From an uncultured Methanosarcinales archaeon (GTDB taxonomy: Archaea > Nanobdellota > Nanobdellia > Woesearchaeales > GW2011-AR9): a DNA stretch of 49,519 nucleotides. Of the stretch, positions 46,177 through 49,519 are shown piece by piece. The notes beneath the pieces are model-generated. The model was given only the letters and a program-made list of their open reading frames with translations, was not told where the DNA came from and did no database searches. The first letter of the stretch is position 1; each line of letters starts with the position of its first letter. The position numbers and the translations under genes are program-made. The stretch lies in contig CAYSWQ010000004.1 of NCBI GenBank assembly GCA_964434885.1, forward strand, positions 5,702 through 55,220, in the 5' to 3' direction.

Positions 46177-47523
46177 ATGACCTTTGATGTGATTATTGGA
46201 AGGAGCAAAAAAGATGTGGGGAAGTTTGGAAAAAAAGGAACTGTTCTCGTTGGTAAACAATATGTTAAGATGGGACAGACTACTTCTTTATCTAATCCGG
46301 TTTATATGGATGTAGCAGGAGCGCACGTTGTTTTTATTGTTGGGAAGAGAGGAAGTGGTAAGAGCTACACTATGGGATCGATTGCCGAAGGTCTAGCAGA
46401 TTTACCTGGGGAAATAAAACAGAATCTTTCGATTGTTCTCTTGGATACAATGGGAATTTATTGGACAATGAAATACCCCAATTTTAAAGATGCAGAATTG
46501 GTTAAACAATGGGGTTTTGAACCAAAAGCATTAGATGTTAAAATTTATACTCCTTCTGGATTTTATTATAAGTATAAAGAAGAAGGTATTCCAACTGATT
46601 TTCCCTTTTCTGTTAAACCAATTGATGTTGAACCAAATGATTGGTGTAATGCTTTTAGTTTAGATCCAAATTCAGCAGCAGGAGTTTTGATTACTAGAGT
46701 TTGTCAAACTCTAAAGAAAAAAGAAGAAAGTTATTCAATGGATGATATGATCCAATTAGTTAAAGAAGACCAAGAAAGTGATAAAGTAACTATCAGTGTG
46801 GTTATTAATGAATTTGAAAAAGCTAAAGGTTGGGAAATTTTTAGAAAAGAAGGAACTCCATTAAAAGACATTATTGCTGGTGGTCAAGTAACTGTGCTAG
46901 ATGTTAGTCCTTATGCAACTATGGCTTCAGGTTGGGAAATTAAAAATCTTGTAATTGGGATTGTTTGTCGAACTTTATTCCAACAAAGAATGTTAGCTCG
47001 TAAAACTGAAGAATTCAAAACAGTGGATGCGGCGATGCATTATTTTTCTAAAGAAATAAAGGAAAAAATGGAAGACCCATTAGTTTGGGTAGCAATTGAT
47101 GAAGCACACGAAGCATTACCTCATGATGGGAAAACAGCAGCTTCTGATGCTTTAATAACAATCTTAAGAGAAGGTAGACAACCAGGAATATCTTTAATCT
47201 TAGCTACTCAACAACCAGCAAAAATTCATACTGATGTAATGACTCAATCCGATACAGTAATTGCTCATCGACTGACAGCTAAAATGGATACAGAAGCATT
47301 AGGGTTGTTAATGCAAAGTTATATGAGAACTGGGTTGGATGCAGAAATAGATATGCTCCCTAGATTAAAAGGAGCAGCAGTATTGTTTGATGATTCTAAT
47401 GAAAGATTGTTCCCAGTACAAATGAGGCCAAGATTTACCTGGCATGGTGGTGGTTCTCCGACTGCTATTCGGGAGAAGAAAGAGTATTTTAGTAAGAGTA
47501 TGAAGAAGTTGAAAGAGATTTGA
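46177..47523 (+). CDS. HerA/FtsK-like P-loop ATPase (DUF87 type)
   Basis: Walker A GKRGSGKS, Walker B AIDEAH, LREGRQPG, ATQQP. Confidence 0.88.
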   Translation: MTFDVIIGRSKKDVGKFGKKGTVLVGKQYVKMGQTTSLSNPVYMDVAGAHVVFIVGKRGSGKSYTMGSIAEGLADLPGEIKQNLSIVLLDTMGIYWTMKYPNFKDAELVKQWGFEPKALDVKIYTPSGFYYKYKEEGIPTDFPFSVKPIDVEPNDWCNAFSLDPNSAAGVLITRVCQTLKKKEESYSMDDMIQLVKEDQESDKVTISVVINEFEKAKGWEIFRKEGTPLKDIIAGGQVTVLDVSPYATMASGWEIKNLVIGIVCRTLFQQRMLARKTEEFKTVDAAMHYFSKEIKEKMEDPLVWVAIDEAHEALPHDGKTAASDALITILREGRQPGISLILATQQPAKIHTDVMTQSDTVIAHRLTAKMDTEALGLLMQSYMRTGLDAEIDMLPRLKGAAVLFDDSNERLFPVQMRPRFTWHGGGSPTAIREKKEYFSKSMKKLKEI

Positions 47524-47590
47524 AATTCTTAATAAATTTTATAAGTAGCATTGAATTTGATATTAAAGAGAGAAATTTCGTGGAGTGTAA

Positions 47591-47651
47591 TGCGTGATGA
47601 TTAGGTGAACACCAGCTTCATTATGAAGAACGGAAGTAACTGATGAACGCA
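47591..47651 (+). ncRNA. C/D-box methylation guide sRNA
   Basis: Box C GTGATGA 47594-47600, C' ATGAAGA 47623-47629, box D CTGA 47640-47643, terminal stem tgcgt/acgca; TTTATAAG at 47538-47545. Confidence 0.7.
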
Positions 47652-47660
47652 CATTGATCC

Positions 47661-49043
47661 TTATCTGGCTAATAAACCAATTAACCCTTTCTTAACAGCT
47701 AAGCAAACTTTTTGACCGATTTCACTTTCTGGATTAATCTTGACTACTCCTTTTTTACTGCTTCTCGTAGTTACAAGATATTCTTCTCCAGAATAGATAT
47801 CAATTTCTTTATCAGCATGGTTTTCATCTAAAGAAAAAATAATGTTGTTTCTAACTTCAACAGCAAATTCAATTCTTTGTCCACCAAGTTGTTCTTTTAA
47901 TTCTCGTAAATCAATTTTGAGCTGAAGTTCTTTTTCAATTCTTTCAATTTCTCTACCTTGTTTACCAATAATTTTGCTCATGTTTTTACTGGGGACATAA
48001 GCAACAATCTTTTTTCCGGAAACAACCTCAACCTCTAAATTAGAAGTGTATTTTTTCAAGCGATCAATTACTCTTTGTTGAATTAGTTTTTTATCTACTT
48101 GGATTTCTTTTTCTACTGGCATCACTGTAGTTTGGTCTCCGTAAGAATAAATTTCATATTCTAACCTTTGGTTAAAAAAATCTCGAACTTCAATTACTGG
48201 TCGAGCTAAATCTGCTTCTAACATCCCAGAAGGAACCTTAACTTTCATTTGTAAAGTAAGAACTTTGTCAATTTTACCACTTTTGATAAAAACAACCAAA
48301 TCAACAATTTGGGGCAAAATACCTAGTTCTATTCTTCCAATAAATCTTTGAATAGTATCTACTGGTTTAGTAGCATGTAAAACACCCACCATCCCAATTC
48401 CTGCCAACCTTAAATCAGCAAATAATTTGAAATCTTCCGTGTTTCTAATCTCATCAAAAATAGTGTGGTCTGGTCTGCTCAATAATAAGACATCATGAAT
48501 TTCTTCGCGTTCACCAAAAGTTAAGGAGTATTGAGTTATTTCTTCACTCAACATCAAATCACGTGGACTTTCTCCAGTTTTTACAATTTTATTATGGGTG
48601 TTGAAATGTTCAGCTAATGCTCTAGCCAAAGTAGTTTTTCCTTCCCCAGGAGAACCAGAAATCAAAATCCCTTCTGCAGCACTAGTTAGTCTTTCATGTA
48701 ATTCTGGAGACAAATCATAATCGCTTAACTCTAATCGAGCTACTGGTTTCACGGCAGTAATCTCCCAACCGTCACTAAAAGGATGACGAGTGATGACGAT
48801 TCTGAATTCCCCAAGTTGAACAATGGAACTGCCAGCTCGATCAATTTCTAAAAAACTTTTTTTTGTTACTTCGGTTTGATGGAGGATGTTCTGGGCCAAT
48901 TCTTGAATTTCAATACGCGATAGCTTTTGGTCTAGTTTAATTGATTGCCATTGGCCAGGAACCCCTTTTTTACAAACAGGAAAACTGTTTTCACGCAAGT
49001 GAACACTGATAGTCTGTTCGTCAAAAAAATCAGATAATTGCAT
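47661..49043 (-). CDS. PINA-family ATPase with KH domain, lacking the N-terminal PIN domain
   Basis: FFDEQTISVHL start, GSPGEGKT, ESPRDL, DEIR, GVLHAT, VPSGMLEADLARP, KH IIGKQG. Confidence 0.87.
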   Translation of the reverse strand: MQLSDFFDEQTISVHLRENSFPVCKKGVPGQWQSIKLDQKLSRIEIQELAQNILHQTEVTKKSFLEIDRAGSSIVQLGEFRIVITRHPFSDGWEITAVKPVARLELSDYDLSPELHERLTSAAEGILISGSPGEGKTTLARALAEHFNTHNKIVKTGESPRDLMLSEEITQYSLTFGEREEIHDVLLLSRPDHTIFDEIRNTEDFKLFADLRLAGIGMVGVLHATKPVDTIQRFIGRIELGILPQIVDLVVFIKSGKIDKVLTLQMKVKVPSGMLEADLARPVIEVRDFFNQRLEYEIYSYGDQTTVMPVEKEIQVDKKLIQQRVIDRLKKYTSNLEVEVVSGKKIVAYVPSKNMSKIIGKQGREIERIEKELQLKIDLRELKEQLGGQRIEFAVEVRNNIIFSLDENHADKEIDIYSGEEYLVTTRSSKKGVVKINPESEIGQKVCLAVKKGLIGLLAR

Positions 49044-49116
49044 AAGGCTTCTTTGACTGAAGTTTATTAAAAACTTTTCTTTTCTCTGAAATCTAGTTTG
49101 TTGTTAATTAATTATT

Positions 49117-49186
49117 TTTTGTCGACGTAGAAAAAAATTATTAAAAAAATTTAGTGGGAGTAGAATAATTTTTATCGTCGATAAAA
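49117..49186. promoter_or_regulatory. Two related 17-bp palindromic sites in a divergent promoter region
   Basis: TTTTATCGtCGATAAAA (49170-49186, perfect arms) and TTTTGTCGaCGTAGAAA (49117-49133). Confidence 0.4.
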
Positions 49187-49332
49187 TTGAAATGTGGGGA
49201 ATAATAAAAAAAGAAAACATTTAAAAAGAAAATTATCTTTCTCGAAAGTACAATAGTCCTTTGGACTTTAGACTTTCCTTGAGAAAGAAAAGAAATTCAA
49301 AAGGCTCTTCCCAAAAATGAGGTGAAATGATA

Positions 49333-49519
49333 ATGGCTAAAAAGAAGGTTGTCAAAAAGAAGGCTTCTAAGAAAAAAGTTGTAAAGAAAAAGGCAGTTAA
49401 AAAGAAAGTAGTTAAGAAAAAGGCTGTGAAGAAAAAAGTTGCTAAGAAAAAACCAGTGAAGAAGAAGGCAGTTAAAAAGAAAGTAGTTAAGAAAAAGGCT
49501 GTGAAGAAAAAAGTTGCTA
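49333..49519 (+). CDS. Lys-rich pentapeptide repeat protein (histone H1/Hc2-like composition), 3'-truncated
   Basis: GAGGTGA at 49319-49325, then MAKKKVVKKKASKKKVVKKKAVKKK... open to the window end; 15-bp unit and 75-bp duplication (49390-49444 = 49465-49519). Not in the ORF track. Confidence 0.85.
   Translation, partial: MAKKKVVKKKASKKKVVKKKAVKKKVVKKKAVKKKVAKKKPVKKKAVKKKVVKKKAVKKKVA

Overview
AT-rich archaeal chromosome segment. The gene content (TopoVI A/B, Rpl37e-LSm, Rpp21, archaeal DnaG, Rio1/Dim2, PINA-like ATPase), BRE-TATA promoters and GAGGTG ribosome-binding sites fit a DPANN lineage such as Woesearchaeota; the lineage call is inference. (1) 1-12324: the 3' part of a giant (>3400 aa, 5'-truncated) multi-enzyme protein. 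It carries 5 Sm-like repeats, 2 protein-kinase modules, a PPP/Shelph-type metallophosphatase, an HD domain and a C-terminal H-Y-E ADP-ribosyltransferase-like domain, separated by a recurring Cys-loop motif. Directly downstream lie a small hypothetical gene and an ADP-ribosylglycohydrolase, giving a candidate MARTX-like multi-effector toxin with cognate immunity genes. (2) 13899-32125: an 18-kb, 14-gene de novo purine cluster with unusual members: PurF lacking Cys1, PurM with a duplicated N-domain, class II-like PurE, an MTD1-like FolD and split PurH/PurO. (3) 32263-49519: housekeeping genes, a PolB-derived protein with intact exonuclease but degenerate polymerase motifs, two structured RNA candidates upstream of dnaG, a C/D-box sRNA, a PIN-less PINA paralog and a truncated Lys-rich repeat protein. 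No CRISPR array, tRNA, rRNA or IS element was recognised. All calls come from reading motifs by eye; no searches were run.
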